Of a stretch of DNA of 64,000 bases, positions 54,701 through 64,000 are shown in pieces. Every line of letters starts with the position of its first letter. Within the stretch, counting starts at the first letter, position 1. The position numbers and the translations under genes were made by a program. Under the pieces are notes generated by a model. It saw only the letters and a list, made by a program, of their open reading frames with translations. It made no database searches and had not been told where the DNA came from. Source of the stretch: Phoronis australis. Lineage: Eukaryota; Animalia; Phoronida. The stretch is from positions 107,353-171,352 of the forward strand of contig NMRA01000729.1 of assembly GCA_002633005.1 (NCBI GenBank). The letters are read 5' to 3'.

Positions 54701-57700
54701 CCAAGTCTTTATTATTTGACTGTATTTTGAATGACCATGCCGTGCAGGCTAAGGAAGGTAACGTTTTGCTCAGTATCTTATACGATATATGAGCGACTCT
54801 TGACCAGACAGACTGTGAACCGTTTTTGTGAAACAGAGTGAACGTGCACGGACATCCCCAATCTGGCTTCTGCGAAGTGGAAAAAATTAAACAATATTAT
54901 TGGCACATCTTATGTAGAGGATTACATGTGATACTGATGGTCATCGTCGTTCCGACTGGTTTTTGGTGTTGGATTTGGAAACAAATGCATTAAGCGTAAA
55001 TTCTATTCTTAAAGTAGTAATAAACCTGCGTCTGGGCACTTCTGGTAAAACTTGTACCAGATCAGATTATTTTTGTTACGGCTATAGGATTGGTCTTTAC
55101 TTGTTTTTACCTCGATAAGACACGGTTTTTGACCTTGAAAGAAACTGACAGTTCGACATTCCTTGAAATCATGCTCGGCGAATTAGAAACACGTCTTGGC
55201 AAGTCAATTTGTACATCCGGGGCCCAAGCATCAACGACTGTCAGCTCTCTTCAAGTATACATTTAACCATCGCTTATCTCAAACAAATTTAGATCAGTTT
55301 CAAAAATGTATATGGTGTGAAGGAAGACAGGTATACAGTCGCTTAAAAAGAAGAATTGTGAGAAAAAACTCTTCTTGTCAACTAGTGCACGGACAATTCG
55401 TCTATGAAGAAAGCAATTTCCTGCAATCCATTCTTACTGTGAGACAGTTGAGGCTGGAAGTCCCTGTTGTTACTCAGAACGTTTTATGAAAACCGACCCC
55501 GAAAAATGTTGCCACCATATTGGCTTCCTTGAATGATCCGATGATTACTTACATTCCAGCTGACGTGCACTGAGTTCACAGATGGCGTTACTTGCAAAGC
55601 AGGACTGACGGGAGCTGAAAAACAAAAACACGTCCTTTGCGCGACGGTAGCTTTATACAAGTTTTTCATTAGGATTTCATAAAAAGTTAAGCAAAAATTT
55701 GTGTAAGATCGTCACCAGTTAGGCGCATTTGTGGAACTTCTCCAGTTCAGGCGATAAAAACCACAACGTTATCCAATCAAGTATTCTAAATAAATCAAGG
55801 AAACGCCAAAAATACAAACTGTAACGGTAATATGATATGCCTGAGATGAGAATTGTTTCTACTACAGAATCCATTTGTTTCCACTACAGATTACATACAT
55901 TTGTTGTTGTAAACATTCAATGAGCTACGTGATGCAGGAGGTACATGGTCCAATTTAGTGAAGATAAGGAACGATAAAGATATTAGTTTGGAGAACTGTG
56001 GGACAAAATCTTTTGATCCAGCATTTTGTCGGTAATAAATTAATTCGATCATGCAGGTTTGATGTTATCAGCTCCACAACCATACAATAGAAAATTTGTC
56101 CTTTAAGTACATGTAAATCTGACAAGATGACTATGTTCTTCACCCAGTAACTGTAGTCTTTGATGTCCTTTGAAATTTCAGTTACTTAAAGTAGAATGCC
56201 ACCTGATTAAATTAGTCTTTTTGCCGTCTTAATCGGTCTATATCCACATCGCCTCTCATACGGTCGACCTTACCTTGCCGACAGGTGTCGTGTTAACCTG
56301 TGAGGAAGGTGAGAAACGACGCAGCTACGTCAGTGGTTCATTTGCAGAGTGAATGCCGCTATGTGCATCGTTCCCGCTTGTCCGCACTATGCAGCTGCGA
56401 GGAAAGCGGGTATATCATTTTTTCGACAGCCTCGAAAGTCCGAAATGCTTAGAAAGTGGCTAGCGGTAGTTAAGAATGAAAAGCACGCTGAAAATAGCAA
56501 GTATGAGGCCGTCAAACATCTCCGTGTCTGTGGCCTGCAGTCGTCGACAGTGAGTCTGACAAATGCCGGCTTACGGTCAAATAACTATCCATACGTTCCG
56601 TTGTCTGACCTTGTTCACGGTGCCTCTCTAGTATTTCTTCATCACTGTATTCCGGTTCGAATTGATAGCCTGTGAAACTTAACGATCTACCTGAGAAGTC
56701 TTCGTCTGATGAGCTCTCGTCTAAGTCGAGATTGCGAGTTGCTATGTTGATGTTTATTACTGAGCTTTCTGTTTCAAAATGAATTATTCTCACCCTAACC
56801 CATGAAATACTTGTATAAAACTGAAACAAAGTTTGTCTCAATACATGCAATGTGTAACACCTTTGGAGTGTTTGTGAGTGCAAATGATTTGAGAAGCCAG
56901 CAATGAATTACCGGCTTTAGGTGCAATAAAACTAATTGACCGGACACCGAGGCCGTGTGAGCCCATGCTAATTCAGTGTTTCCTGACAGAAAATGTTGTG
57001 AAACAACTAGATTTTCTATCCCACGGCCAGGTGTTAGGGGAATCATTGTTTACTTATACATTATTCAAATGATGATTGTCAATGTACTTCTGCCCTGACG
57101 GTTCTGTGGCCAAAGGGGAACCTGAGTCGCGGCCCCCGACGAGTAATTAGATTTGCAGTTTCGTGGCTAATTCACCAACATAATCACGTGCACATTACTT
57201 CTTTGGCTTACTAGTATAGTATTTTCTTGACTGGAAATTTAGTTCCCAACTTTGGCTGGTTTATGTTCGTGATGTCTTCAGTCCGACCACGACGGGCCTG
57301 ATCGGGTTCCGAGCCACTGGCCGGGATAACGAGTCAGTCCGGCCGCGAAGGGCCTGATCGGGTTCAGAGCCACTGGCCGGGATAACAAGCGTTTTGTGTG
57401 TTTAGAACTCAAAAAAAATCACAAGTGTAAACAACACAGATCTAGGTTCTCCTGTTTGTATTTCACGGAAGAATACTTAAACTCACCGAACAGACTCCAA
57501 ACTCCAGCTACGGACCTTGGTAAATTGGCCTGCCGAATATTGTAGGCCATGGTGTATCTAAATACCAATAAATCCGTAACAGCGAAATAAAACATCACGT
57601 TTTTATAAGAACACGGCGTATTTTTAAGGGTTTTACGTCGAAGTTTGATGATTTATTGGTGTTAAACGATCAATTCAAGCGATAAGCTGACACCACTAAC

Positions 57701-60700
57701 CCGTGTTGTAAATTGCTGAACAGACTGCGTGTGAAACCAATGACGTTATTGGATAATTTCAACACTTCGGTCTGCCGTCAGGTGTCAGGTAACGCAACCG
57801 AACGTGCCGTTATCGAGTAGAACTACTCGATCTAAATTGATGCGAAAGAGGTTGTTTTTTGGGTGGCATGCTCCTTTGAGAATTGCGCATGTCTATTGCA
57901 GCACCATTTGACAAACTCAAAGTGAAGAGCATGTGAGCAAGACGTTTACCTGCGCAAGCAATAGCTCCAGAACTGGGTCTACCCACTTCACCTGTGTCAA
58001 TTTTAATTACAATTCCCACTTGATACTGGTTTTGTAAATCCGTCGATGGAATGGTAAGTGTCCGCACGCTTTTGTCTACGTCATCACTTCGTGTCCACTT
58101 TTCATCGCTGGATACCTTGTACATCACAATGTACTTGTGAACTGGTCCAACACCTCGGTCAATCACTGATGACCACGGACGCCAAGTCACAAATATCTTC
58201 GTCGAGCTTCTAGACACATTTGGTGCAACAGACAGATAGGCGATTTCTAGAAAACAAGGGGAAGTTCACAGTTGTATTGTTGTTTCATGCTTTCCACATA
58301 TTGTTTTACACCAATTGACCTCCTCGCATAAATGGGTACATAATTATCGCGACTATTTAACAAAGATAATGAAGTTAAAAAACCAGTCGACTTACCAGCA
58401 CTGTGTAACTATAGAATAATCAATATGTACAGGCAATCACTATCGCCATACCACTTTGATTTGGAAAGCTGATACTACTTAGAACAAGAACGATAGCACT
58501 TTTTCCAGTCTTCCCAAACCAATGAAAACTTTGAAATAAAACATTATTCTGATTGCACCACCAACAATATTATTTACCTTATAACTTGTAAAAATGTTCT
58601 ATCCAATACGTAGGACAAACTCAACATAATCTACAAACTCGGTTTCGTAATCATAGATTTAACATAATACATAAAAACATTTCTGATACTATAGGTAATC
58701 ATTTCAATTCCAAAAACCATAATATTCAAGATCTTTCTGTACAAATAACACAGACTCAAAAGAGAACAATATTGGATAGACAAACTTAATACAATATAAC
58801 CTCATGGATTGAACATAAAAACTTCTTAAAATATGTCATTGAATTTTTTACGCAAAAACGTATCATTTTCATTACACCATATCTTATATGTCAATTGTCA
58901 TTTTGTGTTTGATTTTACTTTATTTCTGTTTTTGTTGACAAAGGAAGTTGATCCATTCTTGTTGTTTTATTTACCGATTTATATCTAACAATCAAAGGAT
59001 CCATTACTCCCCAACATACCTTCGTGACAAGTTGGTAACTTAAAGCCATGCTTGCACGCAGTACAATTTCCGTTGACCTTGTTGCACCCTTCTCCAGATT
59101 TGCACTTCCCACAGGTATGCGTGCATTTCCATCCATAATATCCGTCAGTGCAATCTAAATATTTTTGGAATGCAACAGTCATTGTACAATCAAGATCTAG
59201 TTATTGTGTACATTGTTAAAATCTGAAGTCATTTAAACTGAGTATATAAATGACATGTTACAAACAATTATTGAGAGAGCTTTTATATCTCAACATACCT
59301 CAACCCTGGTCAAGTTGCTTGAAGACGGTGTATTCGGCAGTTTCCGTGTGGCTACGTATTGGCTTCACCCATGTCATATATGCTCACCATACGCTTACCG
59401 AAAATTATCCCTCAGGTATAAAAGTACCACCATCTTGTAATATTCATTATCATTTGTCTTGATAAGGTGTTTGTTCTCTACCAAGTAATTTAATAAAGGT
59501 CCGACTAAAGGTATGCGACTGCCTATATTGTATGGTGGACCAAAGCTGACATTGAAAAAACAGTATGGAAAAATCTCTTTCCTCCACAGAGAAAACCCTT
59601 CTCCGCAGCGGAAAGGTTTTCTTTGCGAAGAAAATAGTTTTCTCGCAATGTCTTTTTTCAATGTCAGGGACACCGTACTTCTGCGTTTTGTTAAACGTCC
59701 CCAATTAACATAGAAGTTTTGTAGGAAATAGGTGGGACTAACGACAAATAAAAGACATCGAAACGTCTCGATGTACTTGCTATGCATAAGATGCAGTTGT
59801 GGTTGCATTGACATAAAAAGTGACGTGTTCACTAAAGTTGTCAACGTCATGCAACACTTACCCAGATCACAATTTGGCCCCATTTTACCAGCAAAACAAT
59901 CTAGAACGAAATGTAAAGTATTTTATATCATGAGTGCCAACAATTGTTTTCAACCAATTCCACAAAAATGGCAATGGAATGTAGGTGCAAATTACTTCAT
60001 CCTGAAATTCGACTCTTCATCTACCAACATTTGACAATAAATTACCTGAGCTAAATGTTCACATTGACTCAAACATGTACATCTAGGCTAAAGCAAGGTG
60101 CAAATACCTGACTCATCGACAGTGGCACATCTCTTGAGGGAGCAGATATTGTTACGACACAAACTGTCACAACCGCACAAACTGTTGCAAAACCTCAAAT
60201 TCCAACAGTTCATGTACACTTTTGAGGCACTGACTGTTGTATTTTTTCGTAGTGAAATTTGTGCACTGTCGGATTGCACAAATTGTTGTAAACCTCAAAC
60301 AAGAACAGTTCGTCAAGACTTTCGAATTATCAATTGTAGCAACATAACACGCAGATGACTGCAGTAACTGATTGAACAAAACTTCGCAGTTTTGTACATA
60401 GACGGTTCTGCTCCCTCCTGCCAGTGAAAATGGCCGAATACCGCGGGAGTAGAAAAACTCTGCGAACGACTCTGTATCAACCTTTCAAACAAAAAGTTAT
60501 GTAGTGTTTTCAGCGAAGAACGGAAGTATACTAACGTTCTCCTCCTTGCGTCCCAGAAGGTTGAGGAGACTGGTAACTGTGACGACGGAGAAGAAAATAC
60601 GAGAATATGAAGGTTGGTAGAATTTGGGTGAAGACTAAGATGTTGGCGGGGTGACTTGAATATCCTTTCTAAGATACGTACAGTGTAATAAATGAACATT

Positions 60701-63363
60701 GGCACTGCCATACATTAAGTGAGTTGTAATGCCGCCAATATGTCGGAGATATAGTAACGTGTGCACAGCATTTACACACGCAGCTTTCTAACGTTGCGCA
60801 GCAGGTTATTCCCACTGTGATTATTGCAAAGGTCTGTGCAGACTGACGCACTTTGAAGGTTATCACAATTTGGATAACTCCACAATTAGCGTGACGACAA
60901 ATTTCGCCAGTTGTACTTTAAACAATCTGTCGAAATTTGGTGTTTGCGACCATTTGTGCGCCTGTTTCAGTTTGTGGTCCTGAAGAGAACTTAATTCCAG
61001 TCACTTGAATAAGAACCGTGCTAAACAGAACCACTTCTCGCCGTAGAAACGACAAAAAGTTCCAATTTTTTAAATAAATCTACTGTAGACTTTGCCAAAA
61101 CCTCTATAGTTGGTTTATATGATATTGCTGGTGGGTAAAGACCAACGGGTATTATTTAACCAAATATTTTAAGGTACATGTAGGTGAATATTTGAGAACC
61201 TCAAGCAGTACACCCATGCAAAAACTTGGGTCGAATACGCCCCCCTCCCTCCATGAAATTAAGACTCCAAAAATGTCCTAACACGTGTAATGCTCTTCAC
61301 TTTCTTCAGAGAACCAGGTTCCCCCAGTATGCAACCAGTCACACACATATACACTGGCTTTACTTGACAGTTTGTAAGCAAGATTTTTAAAGAAATTTGT
61401 GCTACCTTCACAATTGTTACAAATCAAACTTAAATTATGAAATAATTGCCTTCCGTTCCATACACGTGGAGTTTACGAATGTCTGCATTGCCAAACTACA
61501 GAAATCTGCGGCAGCCGAAAGACAGTGCTTAAATTATACAGCAGCTAATCCTCTCCAAAATACCAGTGTGCTTAACATTGGCTCTAAGTCGCGTGCAAAG
61601 TATTCTATTCAACGGTCCCAGCCAATGCAGACGTTCAACAAGTTCTAAGGATCACAATGTTCTCTTGGTTTTCCTACCCCGGGGTGCCCTTGGTCTAAAA
61701 ACTTAGTCTGAATTTGGCTTTGGTTATCGGGCTCTACCTGTTAGCATCTCCACCTTTTGCATAAAATTGCATTTTAAACTACAGCTACATTAGTGTCTGA
61801 CTTTGACCTCCTCCATTACATGTCACAATTGAACTTTTAAGGCGAGTGTATGTCATACATGTTAGTGTATTTCGAATACAAGTGTTGCACTGAAGCACAT
61901 ATGGGCACTGTGCAGTGTAATACCGGATGCTTACCTTTGCAGTACGGAGCAATAAATCCTGACTCACAACCTCCGTTACAATGACCAGTGAACCTGTCAC
62001 ACGCGCCAGTCAAACAACGTCCGCACTTCTCGACACAGTCGGCGCCGTAATGGTCAATATTGCATTCTGCAATATTTTATCAGCAAATTCACATTTGTTT
62101 AGAATGAAAACGTAGCACACTCATGGATTTTCATCTAGATCATAATGTCACTTTTTCCAAAACGTGGTAACCATCTAAGTGGAAACGATAGTATTGACAC
62201 AACACACGTCGTCAGATACTGTGGAGGTGTTTCGTGAAGAACTCGAAATTAAAGGTAAATTAAGTCTTCCTCGTATCTGCTGAAAACGGTTTCGTCATGA
62301 GCACAGTTTGAAGTATTATTTCTTGCTTTACTTTATGCCTTGTTAGATTAAGATTTGGGTCTTATATCAAATGTTTGTTTTATGCTCCGACACTAATTTG
62401 TTTAGTGGGAAACTAATGCAGCAGCAGCAGCAGCAGCCGAAGAGGTAGATTTGTTTGAAAAAATGTGTAATTAATACTATGTGATTTTTAACACGGTGTA
62501 GGCTAAAACATAATTGTACATTTAAGACAAACATATACATGTATACATAGTAATCTAGTTATATGAAGATTTGAAAAATAAACTAAAATTAATAAAAGAT
62601 GGAATATAAACAATGCTAACATTGCAACCATAAGCTGTATGACCATTTGGAATTTTCAAAATTTGGAACCATCAGCATTTTTTCAAAACAGTGTGCTTCG
62701 CAAATACGCTCTCCTAGGGCCTGTTTCTCCAAGATTCTATTAGCGTTCGTGACTTGACTTTTGACTAAAAATCAGCTTGGCTTGCTTCCAAAAGTCCAAC
62801 AATCTGTCTACATCTCGAACTCTAAAGACAGAAATCGATTCCTAGTCTGTTGTGCTAAACGCGTCGAGAAATGCAAAAGAGAAAAAATCAGCGTTTGGCT
62901 ATCCATGATTAAATTTCTGACTATTGGCTAAAATCAAAAGACAAAACCAATGGTATCTTCCAGCTAAAGACCCGCGGGGTTTGGCTCGTAAAAAATGAGA
63001 TACGACTTAAGCCAAAAATTTGGTCTTGTGCTCCACACATCTAATTCAGAAAAAAATGAAATCCCACATGAGCAAAGGTTCAAAGTTCCTCAGTTTCCAT
63101 ACACAACTGCAGATATTTTCTATAAATTATTTCTAGACTGTGATGTAGATATTTTTACAGAAAATGCAAACGACATACGGCACTGAAACGGTACTTTTTC
63201 ATTTATAGTCTTGTACCTTGATCACACGCCAGTCCCCTGTACCCTGTTGCACAGGAACAACCGTAAGGGTCGATGTAACATATACTTTTTCCCTTACAAC
63301 CGGCTGTACCATTGTCGGAACACTGAGATGTACAATTGAAGCCAAATGTGTTTGGGCCGCACG
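26309..63363 (-). CDS. Gene B (5'-partial, 33 exons): receptor-type protein tyrosine phosphatase with Tie-like EGF repeats, 6 FN3, TM and tandem PTP domains D1+D2
   Basis: 33 GT-AG exons with continuous phase (4679 nt, open to TGA at 26309-26311). PTP motifs [42 protein letters not shown] and MVQT..QY are present, followed by a second degenerate PTP domain. Confidence 0.92.
26668..26803 (-). CDS. Gene B exon, PTP D2 P-loop second half
   Basis: (W)[45 protein letters not shown]. Confidence 0.9.
27919..28082 (-). CDS. Gene B exon, PTP D2
   Basis: [24 protein letters not shown]...GEHAVVVHC. Confidence 0.9.
29410..29544 (-). CDS. Gene B exon, PTP D2
   Basis: [21 protein letters not shown]...[10 protein letters not shown]. 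Confidence 0.88.
29844..29985. repeat. Short inverted-repeat (MITE-like) element
   Basis: CGTTCAGTAACGCTAGGACCT... pairs with ...AGGTCCTAGCGTCTACTGAACG. Confidence 0.45.
30312..30446 (-). CDS. Gene B exon, PTP D2
   Basis: [38 protein letters not shown]. Confidence 0.92.
30675..30736. repeat. (AT)n microsatellite
   Basis: Perfect AT run of about 31 units. Confidence 0.98.
31069..31145 (-). CDS. Gene B exon, PTP D2
   Basis: [25 protein letters not shown]. Confidence 0.9.
31298..31397 (-). CDS. Gene B exon, PTP D2 start
   Basis: [33 protein letters not shown]. Confidence 0.88.
31793..31927 (-). CDS. Gene B exon, D1 end and D1-D2 linker
   Basis: [22 protein letters not shown]...ILQKEFR. Confidence 0.9.
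32660..33078. mobile_element. MITE with about 45-bp terminal inverted repeats
   Basis: GGAATTCCAAGTCTGTCAGTA...TTTTACAC pairs with GTGTAAAA...TACTGACAGACTTGGAATTCC. Confidence 0.65.
33377..33512 (-). CDS. Gene B exon, PTP D1 P-loop and Q-loop
   Basis: [28 protein letters not shown]...[12 protein letters not shown]. Confidence 0.95.
35379..35542 (-). CDS. Gene B exon, PTP D1 WPD loop and catalytic Cys
   Basis: [14 protein letters not shown]...PTVVHCS. Confidence 0.95.
35768..35887 (-). CDS. Gene B exon, PTP D1
   Basis: [20 protein letters not shown]...[10 protein letters not shown]. Confidence 0.93.
36567..36664 (-). CDS. Gene B exon, PTP D1
   Basis: [33 protein letters not shown]. Confidence 0.93.
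37284..37397 (-). CDS. Gene B exon, PTP D1
   Basis: YDKNRVVL...[22 protein letters not shown]. Confidence 0.93.
37994..38081 (-). CDS. Gene B exon, PTP D1 start
   Basis: [29 protein letters not shown]. Confidence 0.9.
38966..39156 (-). CDS. Gene B exon, juxtamembrane region
   Basis: [17 protein letters not shown]...[37 protein letters not shown]. Confidence 0.88.
39786..40261. repeat. Inverted repeat pair, probably a decayed foldback element or MITE
   Basis: TTCACTTAGAAACAC...CCGCCAAACACG (39786-39822) versus its reverse complement at about 40224-40261. Confidence 0.45.
40956..41020 (-). CDS. Gene B exon, basic juxtamembrane segment
   Basis: [21 protein letters not shown], phases 2/1. Confidence 0.83.
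41432..41534 (-). CDS. Gene B exon, transmembrane helix
   Basis: [35 protein letters not shown]. Confidence 0.9.
44218..45309 (+). mobile_element. Non-autonomous hAT-like element, copy 1 (spans an N gap)
   Basis: CAGTGGCGGATCTAGG ... CCCTAAATCCGTCTATG termini; GGTATG on both flanks; homologous to 49765-50720. Confidence 0.6.
44790..45143. other. Assembly gap (N run)
   Basis: Run of N; a smaller gap lies at 42833-42865. Confidence 0.99.
45409..45472 (-). CDS. Gene B exon, membrane-proximal domain part 3
   Basis: [21 protein letters not shown]. Confidence 0.87.
45638..45899 (-). CDS. Gene B exon, membrane-proximal RPTP-type domain part 2
   Basis: FYLVVVE...YITANL...[25 protein letters not shown]. 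Confidence 0.92.
46356..46464 (-). CDS. Gene B exon, membrane-proximal domain part 1
   Basis: [36 protein letters not shown]. Confidence 0.87.
47364..47538 (-). CDS. Gene B exon, FN3 #6 C-terminal part
   Basis: ISWT...[23 protein letters not shown]. Confidence 0.9.
47894..47964. repeat. 27-bp tandem repeat, about 2.6 copies
   Basis: ATTAGYCAGACGCYMATATGGTCACTT unit. Confidence 0.8.
49371..49477 (-). CDS. Gene B exon, FN3 #6 N-terminal part
   Basis: [36 protein letters not shown]. Confidence 0.88.
49765..50720 (+). mobile_element. Non-autonomous hAT-like element, copy 2
   Basis: CAATGGCGGATCTAGG ... CCCTAAATCCGCTTATG; collinear with copy 1 plus about 250 bp of extra internal sequence. Confidence 0.6.
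51611..51677 (-). CDS. Gene B exon, FN3 #5 C-terminal part
   Basis: [22 protein letters not shown]. Confidence 0.88.
52003..52220 (-). CDS. Gene B exon, FN3 #5 N-terminal part
   Basis: APPAPRNL...[16 protein letters not shown]...[10 protein letters not shown]. Confidence 0.9.
52907..53209 (-). CDS. Gene B exon, FN3 #4
   Basis: APSKSPINV...[18 protein letters not shown]...[17 protein letters not shown]. Confidence 0.92.
53511..53819 (-). CDS. Gene B exon, FN3 #3
   Basis: [25 protein letters not shown]...[15 protein letters not shown]; NAGNAG acceptor, so a 53816 start is also in frame. Confidence 0.9.
54656..54869 (-). CDS. Gene B exon, FN3 #2 C-terminal part
   Basis: [15 protein letters not shown]...[14 protein letters not shown]; phases 0/1 fit its neighbours. 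Confidence 0.78.
55553..55614 (-). CDS. Gene B exon, FN3 #2 N-terminal part
   Basis: [21 protein letters not shown]; donor GTAAGT. Confidence 0.82.
56190..57875 (+). mobile_element. Non-autonomous Kolobok-like DNA transposon, copy 2
   Basis: TTAA|AGTAGAATGCCACC ... GGGTGGCATGCTCCT|TTGA; collinear with 8538-10184; THAP remnant MCIVPACP...FFRQP...W...VCGL. Confidence 0.8.
57950..58246 (-). CDS. Gene B exon, FN3 #1
   Basis: [11 protein letters not shown]...[26 protein letters not shown]...YQVGIVI...GRPS. Confidence 0.88.
59020..59154 (-). CDS. Gene B exon, EGF-like repeat
   Basis: [45 protein letters not shown]. Confidence 0.92.
59862..59900 (-). CDS. Gene B 39-nt mini-exon, partial EGF-like unit
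   Basis: [13 protein letters not shown]; TTCTAG acceptor, GTAAGT donor, phases 1/1. Confidence 0.7.
61935..62066 (-). CDS. Gene B exon, EGF-like repeat
   Basis: [44 protein letters not shown]. Confidence 0.92.
63217..63363 (-). CDS. Gene B exon, Tie-type EGF-like repeat
   Basis: [48 protein letters not shown]. Confidence 0.9.
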
Positions 63364-63644
63364 CTGTAAAGGTAATAACATTTTAATTAGGAGGCTTCGT
63401 TATTGAAATGGGGCGGTTCTGAAAAAATTGAGGACGGACTTAAAAAAAGCCAATTCTATTACACTGGATGAATTTTGTTAGTATGTCACCGAGTTAAGAA
63501 AGTAAATTCCTTGTCACAGTGGAACTTCCCCTCGAGCGGTTGCTATGGAATATTAAATGTATATAGTTCACTGTCTATAATACATGACGTAACAGTCGGC
63601 GATTATTTGAAGGCAATTTTCACCCTCATCTTTATCCTTGTCTC

Positions 63645-63716
63645 CATCATTATCATCATCATCATCATCGTCATCATCATCATCATCATCATTCCTATTG
63701 TCACCATCATCGTCAT
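63645..63716. repeat. (ATC)n imperfect microsatellite
   Basis: CATCATTATCATCATCATC... run. Confidence 0.9.
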
Positions 63717-64000
63717 TATTATGAGTGTACCACTCAACAGCATCGTGGAAAAAAGAAAGCAACTATTGGTGCAAATAGCTTTTAATCTATAAGTGACTTA
63801 ATGTTAACTTCAAAATCAAAATGGTCTCAGGAACTTCCTTGATTGCAATGTCATGCAAATGTTCATGTTATGAAAACCTACGTCATCAGCGTAAAACAGG
63901 GGGCAGGGGCAGTCCAACAAACAAAGTGTCACGTTTTTCCCCGTGTGTGGGTGGGCGCAGGTTGTTACAGACCGGTGCTAATAGCTTTCGGTGCGAAGAT

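Noticed and set aside
63475-63792. Poly-Ile (TM-like) and poly-Asp ORFs
   Set aside because: Both are translations of an intronic (ATC)n microsatellite.
63870-64000. Possible further upstream exon of gene B at the window end
   Set aside because: No convincing EGF or Ig pattern, or phase-compatible exon, could be read; the gene's 5' part lies outside the window.

Overview
This is AT-rich, intron-rich animal genomic DNA, probably from an invertebrate; the species cannot be identified from the sequence. It holds two convergent (tail-to-tail) paralogous single-pass receptor genes, both 5'-incomplete. Gene B (minus strand, 33 visible exons, 26309-63363, about 1558 aa visible) is a receptor-type protein tyrosine phosphatase. 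Its domains are Tie-like EGF repeats, six FN3 domains, a membrane-proximal RPTP domain, a TM helix, an apparently active PTP D1, a degenerate D2 and a C-terminal YANF motif. Gene A (plus strand, 12 visible exons, 1-19313) has the same exon-by-exon ectodomain and TM but stops just before the phosphatase domains, leaving a tail of about 80 aa with two tyrosine motifs (YTNL, YEDM). The membrane-distal exons and their introns are much more similar between the genes than the rest, which suggests gene conversion. Together they look like a paired receptor or decoy system. Introns and the intergenic region carry non-autonomous transposons: two Kolobok-like, two P-like, two hAT-like, a HERO-like LINE fragment, a probable solo LTR and MITE-like inverted repeats. 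All exon boundaries were derived by hand from GT-AG sites, phase continuity and matching exon lengths between the paralogs.
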